Source of the DNA: Arenicellales bacterium
GTDB taxonomy: Bacteria; Pseudomonadota; Gammaproteobacteria; Arenicellales; Poriferihabitantaceae
DNA: 64,000 nucleotides
Reading direction: 5' to 3'
Assembly (NCBI GenBank): GCA_963457535.1
Contig: OY734803.1
Coordinates: 163,943 to 227,942 of the forward strand
Shown here: in pieces, positions 47,892-59,100 of the stretch
How positions within the stretch are numbered: position 1 is the first letter of the stretch
How the letters are laid out: every line of letters begins with the position of its first letter
Notes under the pieces: generated by a model
The model's database searches: none
What the model saw: the letters and a program-made list of their open reading frames with translations, nothing else
What the model was told of the DNA's origin: nothing
Translations under genes and position numbers: made by a program

Positions 47892-48536
47892 TTAAGGCGA
47901 AAGGCGGCGAATTTCCCAGTCGCCCTTTTCGCCGGCGCGGGTGTAGAGGAGGCGGTCGTGCAGGCGGTGCCGCCGCCCCTGCCAAAACTCCATGCGCCGC
48001 GGATGAATGCGGTAGCCGCCCCAGAAATCCGGCGGCGAAATTTCACGCCCGTCAAAACGCGCGGCGATTTTTGCCAGGCGTTTTTCCAGAACTTCGCGCG
48101 ACTCCAATTCCGCGCTCTGATGCGAGGCCCAGGCGCCGAGTTGCGCCTCGCGCGGGCGCGAATGAAAATACGCCCGCGATTCTTCGGCGGGAATTTTCGC
48201 GGCGCGCCCTTCCACGATGACCTGCCGCGCCAGCGCGATCCACGGAAAAAGCGCCGCGACATTTTCGTTGTCGCGCATTTGCGACGCTTTTCGGCTGGTG
48301 TAATTGGTGAAAAACACCAGGCCGTCATGGTCAAAGGATTTCATCAGCACGCAGCGCACCGACGGCGCGCCGTCCGCGTCCGCGCATGCGAGCGCAATCG
48401 CGTTCGGCTCGGGCAGTCCGGCGGCGCGCGCCTCGGAAAACCATTTGTCAAATTGCGCCAGCGGATCGGCCGCAACATCGGCGCGCGCCAGACCCGCGGC
48501 GCTGTATTGCGCGCGAAGGTCTTGCGGGTCGGGCAC
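47892..48536 (-). CDS. pdxH: Pyridoxamine 5'-phosphate oxidase
   Basis: It is collinear with PdxH throughout (FFTNYTSRKA, LFPW..L.RQV...G, YFHSRPR..Q.GAW.S.QS, FWGG.R......EFWQG...RLHDR). It ends RRLSP and uses a GTG start. Confidence 0.9.
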   Translation of the reverse strand: MPDPQDLRAQYSAAGLARADVAADPLAQFDKWFSEARAAGLPEPNAIALACADADGAPSVRCVLMKSFDHDGLVFFTNYTSRKASQMRDNENVAALFPWIALARQVIVEGRAAKIPAEESRAYFHSRPREAQLGAWASHQSAELESREVLEKRLAKIAARFDGREISPPDFWGGYRIHPRRMEFWQGRRHRLHDRLLYTRAGEKGDWEIRRLSP

Positions 48537-48553
48537 GCGCCGGGGGTTTCCGT

Positions 48554-49033
48554 TTAGAACGGAATGTCGTCGTCAAAATCGTCGGCGGCTTTGTCGGCCG
48601 CTCCCGATTTTTTGCCGCCGCCGGAAGGCGCGGATGCGGGCGGAGCGGATTGGTCGTATTCGTCGCGACTTCCACTGCCACTACCACCGCCGCCACCGCG
48701 GCTGTCAACCATTTGCATGTTTTGCGCGACGATTTCGGTGGTGTAACGCTCGTTGCCGTTTTTGTCCTGCCACTTGCGCGTCTGCAAGCGTCCTTCCACA
48801 TACACGAGCCTGCCCTTTGCCAGGTACTGCCCGACGATTTCGGCGGTGCGTCCGTAAAAGGTGACGCGGTGCCATTCGGTGCGCTCCTTTTTTTCACCGG
48901 TTTGCTTGTCGTTCCAGAACTCAGTGGTTGCGATCGTGGAATTAACCACGGCGCCGCCTCCTTCGGGAAAATGACGAACTTCCGGGTCTTGTCCAAGACG
49001 CCCCAGCACGATTGCTTTGTTTACATTTGCCAT
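48554..49033 (-). CDS. ssb: Single-stranded DNA-binding protein
   Basis: [20 protein letters not shown]...[15 protein letters not shown] is followed by a Gly-rich linker and the acidic tail DDFDDDIPF. The start is set at ATG 49031-49033. Confidence 0.9.
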   Translation of the reverse strand: MANVNKAIVLGRLGQDPEVRHFPEGGGAVVNSTIATTEFWNDKQTGEKKERTEWHRVTFYGRTAEIVGQYLAKGRLVYVEGRLQTRKWQDKNGNERYTTEIVAQNMQMVDSRGGGGGSGSGSRDEYDQSAPPASAPSGGGKKSGAADKAADDFDDDIPF

Positions 49034-49107
49034 GATCAATAATCCTGTTTTGAATGATGGAATGAAGTGCACTCTCCGAGTGCCCGGCTAGTCTACCAAA
49101 TATTCGC

Positions 49108-50301
49108 TCAGCGCGGACCCGCCCGCGGAAAAATTTCCGCGCCCTCCCCGCCCCTTTTATACGCGGCGGCGGCGGCGAACCAAACCGCCGCCAGCGCCGC
49201 GCAAAACCAAAATACGCCGCCCGCGCCGAATCGCCCGCTGAGCGCGCCGCCGCACAGGCCGCCGGCGAACATGCCGAGAAATTGGCAGGTGGTGTAGACG
49301 CCGATGGCCGCGCCTTTTGCGCGCGCCGGCGCGAGGCGCGAGACCCGCGACGGCAGCATCGCCTCCAGCGCGTTAAACGCGGTGAAAAACACCCACAACG
49401 CCGCCAGCACCGCCGGCAACGCGCCACTTCCGGCAATCCGCGCAAGCCCGGCGCAGGCGACCGCCAGTAACGCGACCGCGCACAACAATGCAATCCGGTG
49501 GCGGCGCGCGGACAACATTAAAAGCGGCGCCATCGCGACCGCCGACGCGGCCAGCACCGGCGCGTAAATTTTCCAATGCGAGGCGAGCGGCAACCCGCTT
49601 TGCTCCTGCAGCATGCCCGGCAATTCCACGAACACCGCGGTCAGCGCCGCATGCAATGCGAACGCGCCGAAATTCAATTGCAGCAATCTGCGGTCCGTGA
49701 TGATTTCGGCAAATTGCGCCGAGTTTCCATGCGCCGGAGCGGTTGGCGGCGCGGGCGGCAGCGCGCCCCACAACAGCGCGACCGCGCCCAGCCCGAGCGC
49801 CGCGCTCAACCAGAAAATTCCGTCCACGCCGATTGCGCTTTGCAGCGGCGGCGCGCAGATCAGCGACAGCAAAAATACCGCGCCGATGCCGACGCCGAGT
49901 ATCGCCATCGCCGTGGTGCGCTGTTCGGCGCGCGTCAGGTCGGCGGTCAATGCCAGCGCCGCGGCCGAAACCGCGCCGCCGCCCTGAATGGCGCGGCCGA
50001 GAATCAGCATTTCAATCGACTCGGCGAGCGCCGCGATGGCCCCGCCGAGCGCGAACACCAGCAACCCGGCGGTGATTACCGCCTTGCGCCCGAAGCGGTC
50101 GGAGGCCATACCGAAGGGAATTTGCAGCGCGCCTTGCGTCGCGCCATACACGCCGAGCGCGAGTCCTATTAACAGCGGCGAACTCTCCGGCATGCGCGCG
50201 GCATGCGGCGCGAGCACCGGCAGCAGCAAAAACAGGCCGGCCATGCGCAGCGCGAAAATTCCGGCGAGCACGGCGACTGCTTTGCGCTCGGCGGCGTTCA
50301 T
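49108..50301 (-). CDS. MFS transporter
   Basis: It has about 12 predicted hydrophobic segments and the MFS motif SDRFGRK. The start is set at MNAAERKAV (ATG 50299-50301). The longer ORF overlaps the uvrA start region. Confidence 0.75.
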   Translation of the reverse strand: MNAAERKAVAVLAGIFALRMAGLFLLLPVLAPHAARMPESSPLLIGLALGVYGATQGALQIPFGMASDRFGRKAVITAGLLVFALGGAIAALAESIEMLILGRAIQGGGAVSAAALALTADLTRAEQRTTAMAILGVGIGAVFLLSLICAPPLQSAIGVDGIFWLSAALGLGAVALLWGALPPAPPTAPAHGNSAQFAEIITDRRLLQLNFGAFALHAALTAVFVELPGMLQEQSGLPLASHWKIYAPVLAASAVAMAPLLMLSARRHRIALLCAVALLAVACAGLARIAGSGALPAVLAALWVFFTAFNALEAMLPSRVSRLAPARAKGAAIGVYTTCQFLGMFAGGLCGGALSGRFGAGGVFWFCAALAAVWFAAAAAYKRGGEGAEIFPRAGPR

Positions 50302-50398
50302 GGGAGTGGGGGTCGGGGGGAGGAAGTTGCGCGGCTTGCCGCGCCGCGGCGTTGCGGGTATAGTAGCAGGTTTGCACACCGCCACAGGAGGCGGGCAA

Positions 50399-53266
50399 GT
50401 GAGCATCCAAATTCGCGGCGCGCGCACGCACAACCTTCGCGGCATAGACCTTGACCTGCCGCGCGGTCGGCTGATCGTCATCACCGGGCTGTCCGGCTCG
50501 GGCAAGTCGTCGCTCGCCTTTGACACCATCTACGCCGAGGGCCAGCGGCGTTATGTGGAGTCGCTGTCCACTTATGCGCGGCAGTTTTTGTCCATCATGG
50601 CGAAACCGGAAGTGGATTTGATTGAGGGACTCTCGCCGGCGATCAGCATTGAACAAAAATCGTCGTCGCACAACCCGCGCTCCACGGTCGGCACCGTGAC
50701 CGAGATCTACGATTACTTGCGCCTGCTGTTCGCGCGGGTCGGCGAGCCGCGCTGCCCCGAGCACGATGTCACCCTCAGCGCGCAAAGCGTCAGCCAGATG
50801 GTGGATCAGGTGTTGGAATTGCCGGCCGGCGAGCGGCTGCTGCTGCTCGCGCCGGTGGTCATGCAGCGCAAAGGCGAATTCCGCGAACTCCTCACCGAAC
50901 TGCATTCGCAGGGATTCGTGCGCGCGCTGATAGACGGCGCCACTGTGGAATTGGAATCGCCGCCGAAACTGGACAAGCGCTTCAAGCACGACATCTCGGT
51001 CATCGTGGACCGCGTCACCGCGCGCGAGGAAAACCGGCAGCGCATCGCCGAGTCGTTTGAAACCGCGCTCGCGCTCGCCGACGGCGTGGCGCGGATTCTG
51101 CGCCCCGACGCAAAGGGTCATGCCGCAAAAGGCGGGGCTGCGAAAGAGATGGTTTTCTCCGGCAAATTCGCCTGCCCGCATTGCGGTTACGCGCTCGACG
51201 AACTGGAGCCGCGGCTGTTTTCGTTCAACAACCCGGCCGGCGCCTGCGACGAATGCGACGGCCTCGGCCAGCGGCAGTTTTTTGACCCGGAGCGCATCGT
51301 GCAGGACGCCTCGCTGTCGCTCGCGGCCGGCGCGATTCGCGGCTGGGACCGGCGGCACGGGTATTTTTTCGCGCAATTGGCGAGCCTAGCGCGGCATTAC
51401 AAGTTTGATGTGGACACGCCGTTTTCCAAACTCAGCGCGAAAAACCGCGCGCGCATTTTGCACGGCAGCGACGGCGAGGAAATCACCTTTACCTATTCCC
51501 GGCCGGGTCGCAACTACCAAAAAAAGCAGGCATTTGAGGGGGTTATCCCGCACTTTGAACGCCGTTACCGCGAAAGCGAATCGGCCGGCGCGCGCGAGGA
51601 ACTGGCGAAATGCATGAGCACGCGCAGTTGCGAAAAGTGCGGCGGCAGCCGCCTGCGCCGCAGCGCGCGGCATGTGTTCATCCGCGGGCGCGCCATTCAC
51701 GACCTCGCCGAGTTGCCGGTCGCCGACTGCCTGGCGTTTTTTCGCGGCTTAAAACTGCCCGGCCGGCGCGCCGAAATCGCCGATAAAATCGTCAAGGAAA
51801 TCAATGCTCGACTCGGGTTTTTGATTAATGTGGGTTTGAATTACCTGAGCCTCGCGCGCGCCGCCGAAACGCTGTCCGGCGGCGAGGCGCAGCGCATTCG
51901 GCTGGCCTCGCAAATCGGCTCCGGGCTGGTCGGCGTGATGTATGTGCTGGACGAGCCGTCCATCGGCCTGCACCAGCGCGACAACGCCAAACTCCTGGCC
52001 ACGCTGTTCCATTTGCGCGACCTCGGCAACACCGTCATCGTGGTGGAGCACGACGAGGAGGCGATTCGCCGCGCCGATCATGTCGTGGATCTCGGGCCCG
52101 GCGCCGGCCGGCACGGCGGGCTGGTGGTCGCGCAGGGCGCGCCGCGCGCGATTGAAGCCTGCCGCGAATCGCTGACCGGGCAATACCTGAGCGGCGCCGC
52201 GCGGATTGAATTGCCGCGCGCGCGCGTCAAGCCCGACATGAAAAAAATGCTCGTGGTCAGCGGCGCTTCCGGAAACAACTTAAAGCGCATTAACGCCAAG
52301 TTTCCGGTCGGCCTGCTCACCTGCGTCACCGGCGTTTCCGGCTCGGGAAAGTCCACGCTGGTCAACGGCACGCTCTACCCCGCCCTCGCCCGCCACCTGA
52401 AACTGCTGCGCGCCGGCGCGCAGCCGCATCAGGAGGTGCGGGGACTCGCGCATTTCGACAAGATCATTTCCATTGACCAGAGCCCGATCGGGCGCACGCC
52501 GCGCTCCAACCCGGCGACCTACACCGGCCTGTTCACGCCGATTCGCGAACTCTACGCCGGCACGCGCGACGCGCGCGCGCGCGGCTACCACCCGGGACGC
52601 TTCTCCTTTAATGTCAAAGGCGGCCGCTGCGAGGCGTGCAGTGGCGACGGTCTGCTGCGCGTGGAGATGCACTTTTTGCCGGACATTTATGTCGCCTGCG
52701 ACGCCTGCGGCGGCGCGCGCTACAACCGCGAGACGCTCGGCATTCGCTACAAGGGCAAGACCATCAGCGAGACGCTGGACATGACCATTGAAGACGCCGC
52801 CGGATTTTTCTCGGCGATTCCGGTGATCAAGCGCAAACTGGACACGCTGCTGGATGTCGGCCTCGGCTACATCACCCTCGGGCAAAGCGCGACCACTCTG
52901 TCCGGCGGCGAGGCGCAGCGCGTCAAACTCTCGCGCGAACTTTCCAAGCGCGACACCGGGCGCACCATGTATGTGCTGGACGAGCCGACCACCGGCCTGC
53001 ACTTCCACGACATTCGCCAGTTGCTCGGCGTGCTGCACCGGTTGCGCGACCAGGGCAACACCGTGGTGGTCATTGAACACAACTTGGATGTGATCAAAAC
53101 CGCCGACTGGGTCATTGACCTCGGCCCCGAAGGCGGCGAAGGCGGCGGCAAAATAGTCGCCTGCGGAACGCCGGAGCAAGTCGCCGCGATCAAGGCCTCG
53201 CATACCGGGCAGTATTTAAAACCCATGCTGCGCCGCCCGGCGCGCAAGCGCGGCGCGGCCGCGTAG
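50399..53266 (+). CDS. uvrA: Excinuclease ABC subunit A
   Basis: GTG start with an AGGAGG SD. It begins [57 protein letters not shown]. It has two ABC modules, zinc-finger cysteines and [11 protein letters not shown] signatures. Confidence 0.95.
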   Translation: MSIQIRGARTHNLRGIDLDLPRGRLIVITGLSGSGKSSLAFDTIYAEGQRRYVESLSTYARQFLSIMAKPEVDLIEGLSPAISIEQKSSSHNPRSTVGTVTEIYDYLRLLFARVGEPRCPEHDVTLSAQSVSQMVDQVLELPAGERLLLLAPVVMQRKGEFRELLTELHSQGFVRALIDGATVELESPPKLDKRFKHDISVIVDRVTAREENRQRIAESFETALALADGVARILRPDAKGHAAKGGAAKEMVFSGKFACPHCGYALDELEPRLFSFNNPAGACDECDGLGQRQFFDPERIVQDASLSLAAGAIRGWDRRHGYFFAQLASLARHYKFDVDTPFSKLSAKNRARILHGSDGEEITFTYSRPGRNYQKKQAFEGVIPHFERRYRESESAGAREELAKCMSTRSCEKCGGSRLRRSARHVFIRGRAIHDLAELPVADCLAFFRGLKLPGRRAEIADKIVKEINARLGFLINVGLNYLSLARAAETLSGGEAQRIRLASQIGSGLVGVMYVLDEPSIGLHQRDNAKLLATLFHLRDLGNTVIVVEHDEEAIRRADHVVDLGPGAGRHGGLVVAQGAPRAIEACRESLTGQYLSGAARIELPRARVKPDMKKMLVVSGASGNNLKRINAKFPVGLLTCVTGVSGSGKSTLVNGTLYPALARHLKLLRAGAQPHQEVRGLAHFDKIISIDQSPIGRTPRSNPATYTGLFTPIRELYAGTRDARARGYHPGRFSFNVKGGRCEACSGDGLLRVEMHFLPDIYVACDACGGARYNRETLGIRYKGKTISETLDMTIEDAAGFFSAIPVIKRKLDTLLDVGLGYITLGQSATTLSGGEAQRVKLSRELSKRDTGRTMYVLDEPTTGLHFHDIRQLLGVLHRLRDQGNTVVVIEHNLDVIKTADWVIDLGPEGGEGGGKIVACGTPEQVAAIKASHTGQYLKPMLRRPARKRGAAA

Positions 53267-53305
53267 CCGAGTTGCAGTCAGCGGCCAGCGGCTACAATAC
53301 GCGCG

Positions 53306-54124
53306 ATGAAACCGTTCCGCCGCATCGCTCCCCTGCTGCTCGTTTGCGCCGCCGTTTTTGCCGCGCCGGGCGCGTTTGCGTCGGAAACGCTCGTTCGCCT
53401 CGCCACCACCACCAGCACCGACAACTCCGGCCTGCTGCGCCATTTGCTGCCGCAGTTTGAGCGCGAGAGCGGCTACCGCGTGCAGGTGATTTCGGCCGGC
53501 ACCGGCAAGGCGCTGAAACTCGGCGAGAGCGGCGATGTGGATGTGGTGCTGGTGCACGCGCCGAAAAGCGAGCGGCGTTTTATGGACCTCGGTCACGGCG
53601 TTGACCGCCGCACCGTGATGGAAAACGATTTTATTTTGGTCGGCCCGCGCGCCGACCCGGCCGGGTTGCGCCGCGCCGCGTCGGCCGCCGACGCGTTTCG
53701 CCGCATGCACCGCGCCGCGCATGCATTCGTCTCGCGCGGCGATGATTCCGGCACGCATAAAAAGGAACTCAGTTTGTGGCGCGCGGCGCGCGTGGATGTC
53801 GCCGATGAAAACGCATGGCGGCTGGAAGTCGGGCGCGGCATGGGCGCGAGTTTGCAAATCGCCGGGGAATTGCAGGCATACATGCTGATAGACCGCGCCA
53901 CCTGGCTTTTCGCCGGCGCGCAAAGCGAGTTGCAGTTGCTCTACGAAGGCGGCGCCGAGTTGCGCAACCCCTACGGCGTCATCGCGGTCAACCCGGCGCG
54001 CCACCATGTCAATTACCCCGGCGCGCGCGCGCTGATTGAGTGGCTGGTGTCGGATCGCGGACAGTCGGCCATCGGCGGCTACACCGCCGGCGGCGCGCGG
54101 CTGTTCACGCCGTCGGCGCGATGA
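53306..54124 (+). CDS. tupA: Periplasmic tungstate/molybdate-type ABC substrate-binding protein (TupA-like)
   Basis: It has a signal peptide followed by LATTTSTDNSGLLRHLLPQFE (the TTTS motif characteristic of TupA). Confidence 0.6.
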   Translation: MKPFRRIAPLLLVCAAVFAAPGAFASETLVRLATTTSTDNSGLLRHLLPQFERESGYRVQVISAGTGKALKLGESGDVDVVLVHAPKSERRFMDLGHGVDRRTVMENDFILVGPRADPAGLRRAASAADAFRRMHRAAHAFVSRGDDSGTHKKELSLWRAARVDVADENAWRLEVGRGMGASLQIAGELQAYMLIDRATWLFAGAQSELQLLYEGGAELRNPYGVIAVNPARHHVNYPGARALIEWLVSDRGQSAIGGYTAGGARLFTPSAR

Positions 54125-54822
54125 ACACGCTCGGCGCGGCCACGCTGGAGGCGTTCGCGCTTTTGTTCCGCGGCGACGCCGGGCTGTGGGAGATCATCGG
54201 CATTTCCTTTCGCGTCTCGTGCGCGGCGATCGCCATCGCCATTCCGCCGGCGGTGCTGGCCGCGTTTGCGCTCGCGCATTTTGAATTCCCGGGGCGGCGG
54301 CTTTTGATTTCACTTTCCAACACATTGCTGTCGCTGCCGGCGGTGGTGGTCGGGCTGACCGTGTATTTGCTGCTGTCGCGCCAGGGTCCGCTCGGCGACT
54401 GGCGGCTGCTGTTCACGCAGCCGGCGATGGTGCTGGCGCAAATTCTGCTGGCCTTTCCGATTTTGGTTTCCATGGGCCATGCCGCGTTTCAGGCGGCCGA
54501 CCGCCGCGCCTGGGAGACCGCGCGCATGCTCGGCATTCCGCCGGCGCGCACTTTTTTCATGGTGGTCGGCGAAGTGCGCTTCGGGCTGCTGGCCGCGATG
54601 CTCGCCGGTTTCGGGCGCATCATCGCCGAAGTCGGCGCGTCCATGATGGTCGGCGGAAACATCCTGCACCACACGCGCAACATTCCGACGGCGATCGCGC
54701 TGGAAACCAGCAAGGGAAATTTTTCGCAGGGCATCGCGCTCGGCATCGTGCTGCTCTTGATGGCGTTTGTCCTGAACATGCTCCTTCAATATTTTCAGGG
54801 GCGCGGCAGAATCGCGTTATGA
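54121..54822 (+). CDS. tupB: ABC transporter permease (TupB-like)
   Basis: The start MNTLGAATLE overlaps the tupA stop (ATGA). It is multi-TM with an EAA-like loop (ETARMLGIPPARTFF). Confidence 0.6.
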   Translation: MNTLGAATLEAFALLFRGDAGLWEIIGISFRVSCAAIAIAIPPAVLAAFALAHFEFPGRRLLISLSNTLLSLPAVVVGLTVYLLLSRQGPLGDWRLLFTQPAMVLAQILLAFPILVSMGHAAFQAADRRAWETARMLGIPPARTFFMVVGEVRFGLLAAMLAGFGRIIAEVGASMMVGGNILHHTRNIPTAIALETSKGNFSQGIALGIVLLLMAFVLNMLLQYFQGRGRIAL

Positions 54823-55547
54823 GCGAAATCCGCATCCGCTACACCGAACTCGGCAAGTCGTTCGCGCGCCGCCGTTTGTTTGAAGACCTGTCGCTGTCGC
54901 TGGAAAGCGGCGCCGCGCTGCTGCTCGGCGGCGAAAACGGCGCCGGCAAGACCACCCTGCTGCGCATTCTCGCCGGTTTGGAAAAACCGTCGCATGGCCT
55001 AGTGGATTTCGGCGCGGGCGAAGTCGCCTGGCAGCGCTGCCGAAAAATCCTGCAGCGGCGGGTCATGTATCTGCATCAGGCGCCGTATATGTTTGAGGGC
55101 AGCGTTGCGCGCAATCTGGAACTGGCGCTGCCGCGCGGCCTGTCCAAATCGCGGCGCGACGAAAAAATCCGCCGCGCATTGGAATGGGCGCGCTTGAACG
55201 GCCTCAGCGCGGCGCGCGCCAAAACTTTGTCCGGCGGGGAAAAACAGCGCGTCTCGCTGGCGCGCGCCTGGCTGCGCCAGTCAAAAATCCTGCTGCTGGA
55301 CGAGCCGGCCGCCAACATGGACCGCGAATCGCAACTGCGCACGGCCGCGCTGCTGCGCAGGTTAAAGGCGGCGCGGGTCGCGCTGGCGCTCGCCAGCCAC
55401 AACCACGAAGTGTTTGACGAATTGATCGATCGCCGCCTGCTGCTGGAGGACGGCAAACTGCATGCGGCGCGCGCGCCGGCGCTGCCGGAAAATGTGACCC
55501 GCCTGGCCGCGGGCCGCCTCCGCCGCGCCGCGAAAGCCCGGCGCTAA
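54819..55547 (+). CDS. tupC: ABC transporter ATP-binding protein (TupC-like)
   Basis: It has Walker A GENGAGKTTLL, signature LSGGEKQRVSLA and Walker B ILLLDEP. Its start overlaps the permease stop. Confidence 0.65.
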   Translation: MSEIRIRYTELGKSFARRRLFEDLSLSLESGAALLLGGENGAGKTTLLRILAGLEKPSHGLVDFGAGEVAWQRCRKILQRRVMYLHQAPYMFEGSVARNLELALPRGLSKSRRDEKIRRALEWARLNGLSAARAKTLSGGEKQRVSLARAWLRQSKILLLDEPAANMDRESQLRTAALLRRLKAARVALALASHNHEVFDELIDRRLLLEDGKLHAARAPALPENVTRLAAGRLRRAAKARR

Positions 55548-55551
55548 AAAA

Positions 55552-56139
55552 GTGCCGCCCGCGTTGCTGACCGCGGTCGTTCTCGCCGGCGGGCGCGCAA
55601 CGCGAATGGGCGGCGCCGACAAAGGCCTGCGCGAGTTTCGCGGGCGGCCGCTGGCCGCGCAAATTTGCGAGGCAATCGCGCCGCAGGCCGCCGAAGTTTT
55701 AATCAGCGCAAACCGCAACCACGCCGAATACCGCGCATTCGGCTGCGCGGTCATTGAAGACGAATTGTCCGGAAGCCTCGGCCCCCTCGCCGGCATGCAT
55801 GCCGCGTTGCGCGCGGCCGCGCATCCGTGGCTGCTGACCCTGCCCTGCGACAGCCCGTTCGTGCGCCCGGACTACGCCGCGCGCATGCTGGAAGCCGCGC
55901 GCGCGCAAAACGCCCTACTCGCGGTCGCCCACGACGGCATGCGCGCGCAGCCGGTGCATATGCTGCTGCACCGCGAATTAACCGCCGACCTGGAAAACTT
56001 CCTGCGCGAAGGCGGCCGAAAAATAGACCAATGGCACGCGCGCCACAATTGCGCGACCGCGGATTTTTCCGGCGAGACGCGAATGTTCCTGAACGCCAAC
56101 ACGCCGGAAGAATGGGCCCAGATGGAGAAGATGGAGTAG
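55552..56139 (+). CDS. mobA: Molybdenum cofactor guanylyltransferase
   Basis: It contains VVLAGGRATRMGGADKGL and LTLPCDSPF. It uses a GTG start 4 nt after the tupC stop. Confidence 0.8.
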   Translation: MPPALLTAVVLAGGRATRMGGADKGLREFRGRPLAAQICEAIAPQAAEVLISANRNHAEYRAFGCAVIEDELSGSLGPLAGMHAALRAAAHPWLLTLPCDSPFVRPDYAARMLEAARAQNALLAVAHDGMRAQPVHMLLHRELTADLENFLREGGRKIDQWHARHNCATADFSGETRMFLNANTPEEWAQMEKME

Positions 56140-56161
56140 CGGCGCGTTGCTCCGCCGCGCG

Positions 56162-59100
56162 CTACTGCACCAGCGCTTCAATGTTGGAAATCACCGTCGC
56201 CTCGGCCGTGCCGCTCATGCGGGTGGTGATTCCGTCGCCGGCGCGCATGCCGAGCAGGTAGCGGGTCAGCATGATGCCGTCGGCGAGGGTTGTTCCGTTT
56301 GCGCCGTCCATGTCCAGGTCGCCGGCGGCGACCCCGGCTGCGATGTGCGCGGCGACATTGTCGGCGTTCAGGTTGGTGCCGCCCATGTCGGCGATGAGGT
56401 TCGCGCCGCGAACGCCGGCCAGGTGGCGCGCGATTAGCACACCGTCCTGCCAAGTGACCGAGGAATCGCCGTTGATGTCCGGGTCAAACTCCGGCGTGAC
56501 GCTTTGCACGGACGCGGTGAAAGGTCCCGGTCCGGCGCGGTTGCGCGCGGCGACTTGAACTTCATAAGTGGTCGCGCTTTTTACGCCGGTCAAGTCGTAG
56601 GCGAGATTGGTGGAAGCGGTCGCGAGTCCGTCGTCATCCGGCAGCCAGTTGCTGCTGCCCGCGCCTTCGGAGTAGCGCACCGCGTAATCGGTCAGCGCCT
56701 CGTCTCCGGTGTTCGCCGGCGCGGTCCAGGACAGTGCGATTGCGCCGGCGCCGGAAGTGGCGCTCAAACCGGTCGGCGCGTCGGGCGGCGGCGCGACCGG
56801 GCTGGTTTGGTGCGAGGCCCAGGCGCCCGTGCCGAGCGCATTGACCGCGGCAACTTGGATTTCATAAGTGGTGCCGTTGGTAAGACCGCTGATCTCGTAT
56901 TCGGTTTCGGTGACGGACGCGCCGTCGTCATCGGGCTGCCAGTTGCTGCTGCCGGCGCCTTCGGAGTGGCGGACGCGGTATTCGCTGATGGCCGCGCCGC
57001 CGTCGTCCGGGGCGTCCCATGCGGGCGTTATCGTTCCGTCGCCGACCGAGGCAGTCAAATTGCGCGGCGCGCCGGGCAATTCGCCGGGGACGCTTTCGCG
57101 CGCGAATGACCATTGCGCATCACCGCCGCCATAGACCGCGCCGACTTGGACTTGATAAGTCGTGCCATCGGTCAGACCGGAGACGGTGTAACTGATTGCC
57201 GTCGCGCCACCCGGAACATCCTGCCCGGTTTCTTCGTCGGTGTTCAGGTAGGCGTCCGCGTCGTTGGCGTCGGCCCAGCGGACTTTGTAGGCGGTATGCG
57301 CGGTTCCCCCGACCTCCACCACCGGCGCGCGCCAGGTCAGCGCCAATTCGCCGCGGCTCGGCTTCGGCACTGCAAGTGACGGCGCGGCGTCTCCAATCAA
57401 AATTTCACCGGTGAAGGTGATGGTGTCGCTGCCGTTGTTGCTGCCTTGTGCGTTGCTGACGAAAGTCCCTTTGCCGCCGCATGCGGCGGCGGCGGTGAGC
57501 GGGATGCTTTCAATGTCATTGTCGCCGTCCACCACCGGCGTAAAGGAAAAAGTCATATCGCCGGAGGCTTCCCGGCCGGAAATCGTGATGGTCGACGGGT
57601 TCGGCGTTCCGGTGTAATGCGTGTTCGCCGCCGCGACTTTGTCGCCGCGCGTGCCGCTGATTGCGCTGGTGCCGAGGCTCACGGTCAGCGCGCAGTCTTT
57701 GGGCGGCACGATGTCGCCGTCTATCTCGGCGGTGATGGTCGCGGTCTGCGCGCCGCCGCCCTCGCGCACCGCGCCGGAAAGTTTACCGGTGGTCGCGACG
57801 GCGTCGTCGTCGGAGATCCGGAGATTCAATGCCGCACTGTCCGAAAGCTCATAAGGGCCGAATCCCCGGAATGTGGGGATATCGCAGGTGTGCCCAATGA
57901 TGCGGTCTCCTTCGGCGATGTTGTCGTCGGGTGCAGCAATGCCAACGGCGCGCCCCAGATTCCAGTCGCCGGCGTCGCCGCCGGTGGCCGCGGGTCCGAT
58001 GTTCACTGAGTCCGCTGTTGATTGGCCGTCCCATATCGTTTCAGTGCCGTCGGGGCCCACGCAGCGAATGACGGGCATTGCGCCGGGGTCAAATTCCGCC
58101 GGGTCAAGCGGCAGCGACAGGCAGACAGTAACGGCCGTTCCTCCCTCGGTCAGCGGCAGGGGCTGGGCAATCGGGTCATTGTGCGCTGCCGGGCAGGTGC
58201 CGTCGGCGTCGGCCTGCGTGACCAGGGGCGAAGTATTGAGCAGCAAAATTTCCGCCTCCGCAAACGCGATGCCAGTCGCGTCTCCGCAGGAAGCCGCCGC
58301 CCCGGAAAAAGGAATGCTCTTCTTGTCCCTGCCAGTGTTTCTCTCGACGGGCGGATGGAAAGTTGCTTTGCCAAAGAGCGAACCGGCCGGAATGGTGATG
58401 CTCGGCGCGGTGAATGCGTCGTAGTCGGTCCCTTCCACCGCGAGCGCGTCGCCGCGCGTATCGGCGATCGCGGCGGAGCCCTTGGTCAGCGTTACCGTGC
58501 AATCCTCCTGCGGCGCGATGTCGCCGTCCAGCGCGGCGATTGCGACGACGGTTCCGGTGCGGCTGGTGGAAGCATGGGTGAAAGACAGCGTGGCGCCGGC
58601 GGTGGAAATCGTGTCGGGAGCGGTGTCGTCTTTGACGGTGACGGTGATCTCGTCGGTGAGGCCGCTGTATCCGGTGGAGACATCGGCGGCCGCGGTGCAG
58701 GTGAGCGTGTCGGTTGGCGCCGTGGAGAACGCGAGGTTGTTGTCCACCGCGACTATCGGGAAAGTCTGCTCGGTCTCGTGGTTGGCCGAAGTAAAAGTCC
58801 GCGTCTGCGCGGAAGTGAACAGCGCCGGATCGGCCGCGCCCGAACAAGTCACGGTGACATCGGAACTCGGCGCGTTGCCGGCCAATTTGACGCAGATATT
58901 TTCGGCGGCGGCGCCCTCCTCCAGTTCCAGCGTGGTGCTATCGTTGTCGCTGCAGTCGGTGATGACGACCGCGGCGTCCACGATGAGAACCTCGGCCGCG
59001 GCAAAAGTTACCGTGGAAAGGCCGCAGGAGATGTTTGCGGCGGTGAACGTAATGCTCTTGATCTCGCTGACACTCGCGCTCGGCGTGATGGAAAGCGTCG

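Noticed and set aside
49034-50398. A search for SOS (LexA) boxes upstream of ssb and uvrA.
   Set aside because: No CTGT-N8-ACAG-type palindrome or other obvious inverted repeat is seen in 49034-49107 or 50302-50398. Only a TTGCCG-17-TATAGT promoter-like sequence is present before uvrA.
50012-53203. Minus-strand ORFs of 454 aa and 307 aa inside uvrA. Comparable antisense ORFs lie at 53216-54007 (tupA), 39071-40318, 40571-41548, 41660-43075 and 25587-26468.
   Set aside because: Each is opposite a gene with unambiguous conserved motifs. The translations are Arg-rich with no recognisable domains.
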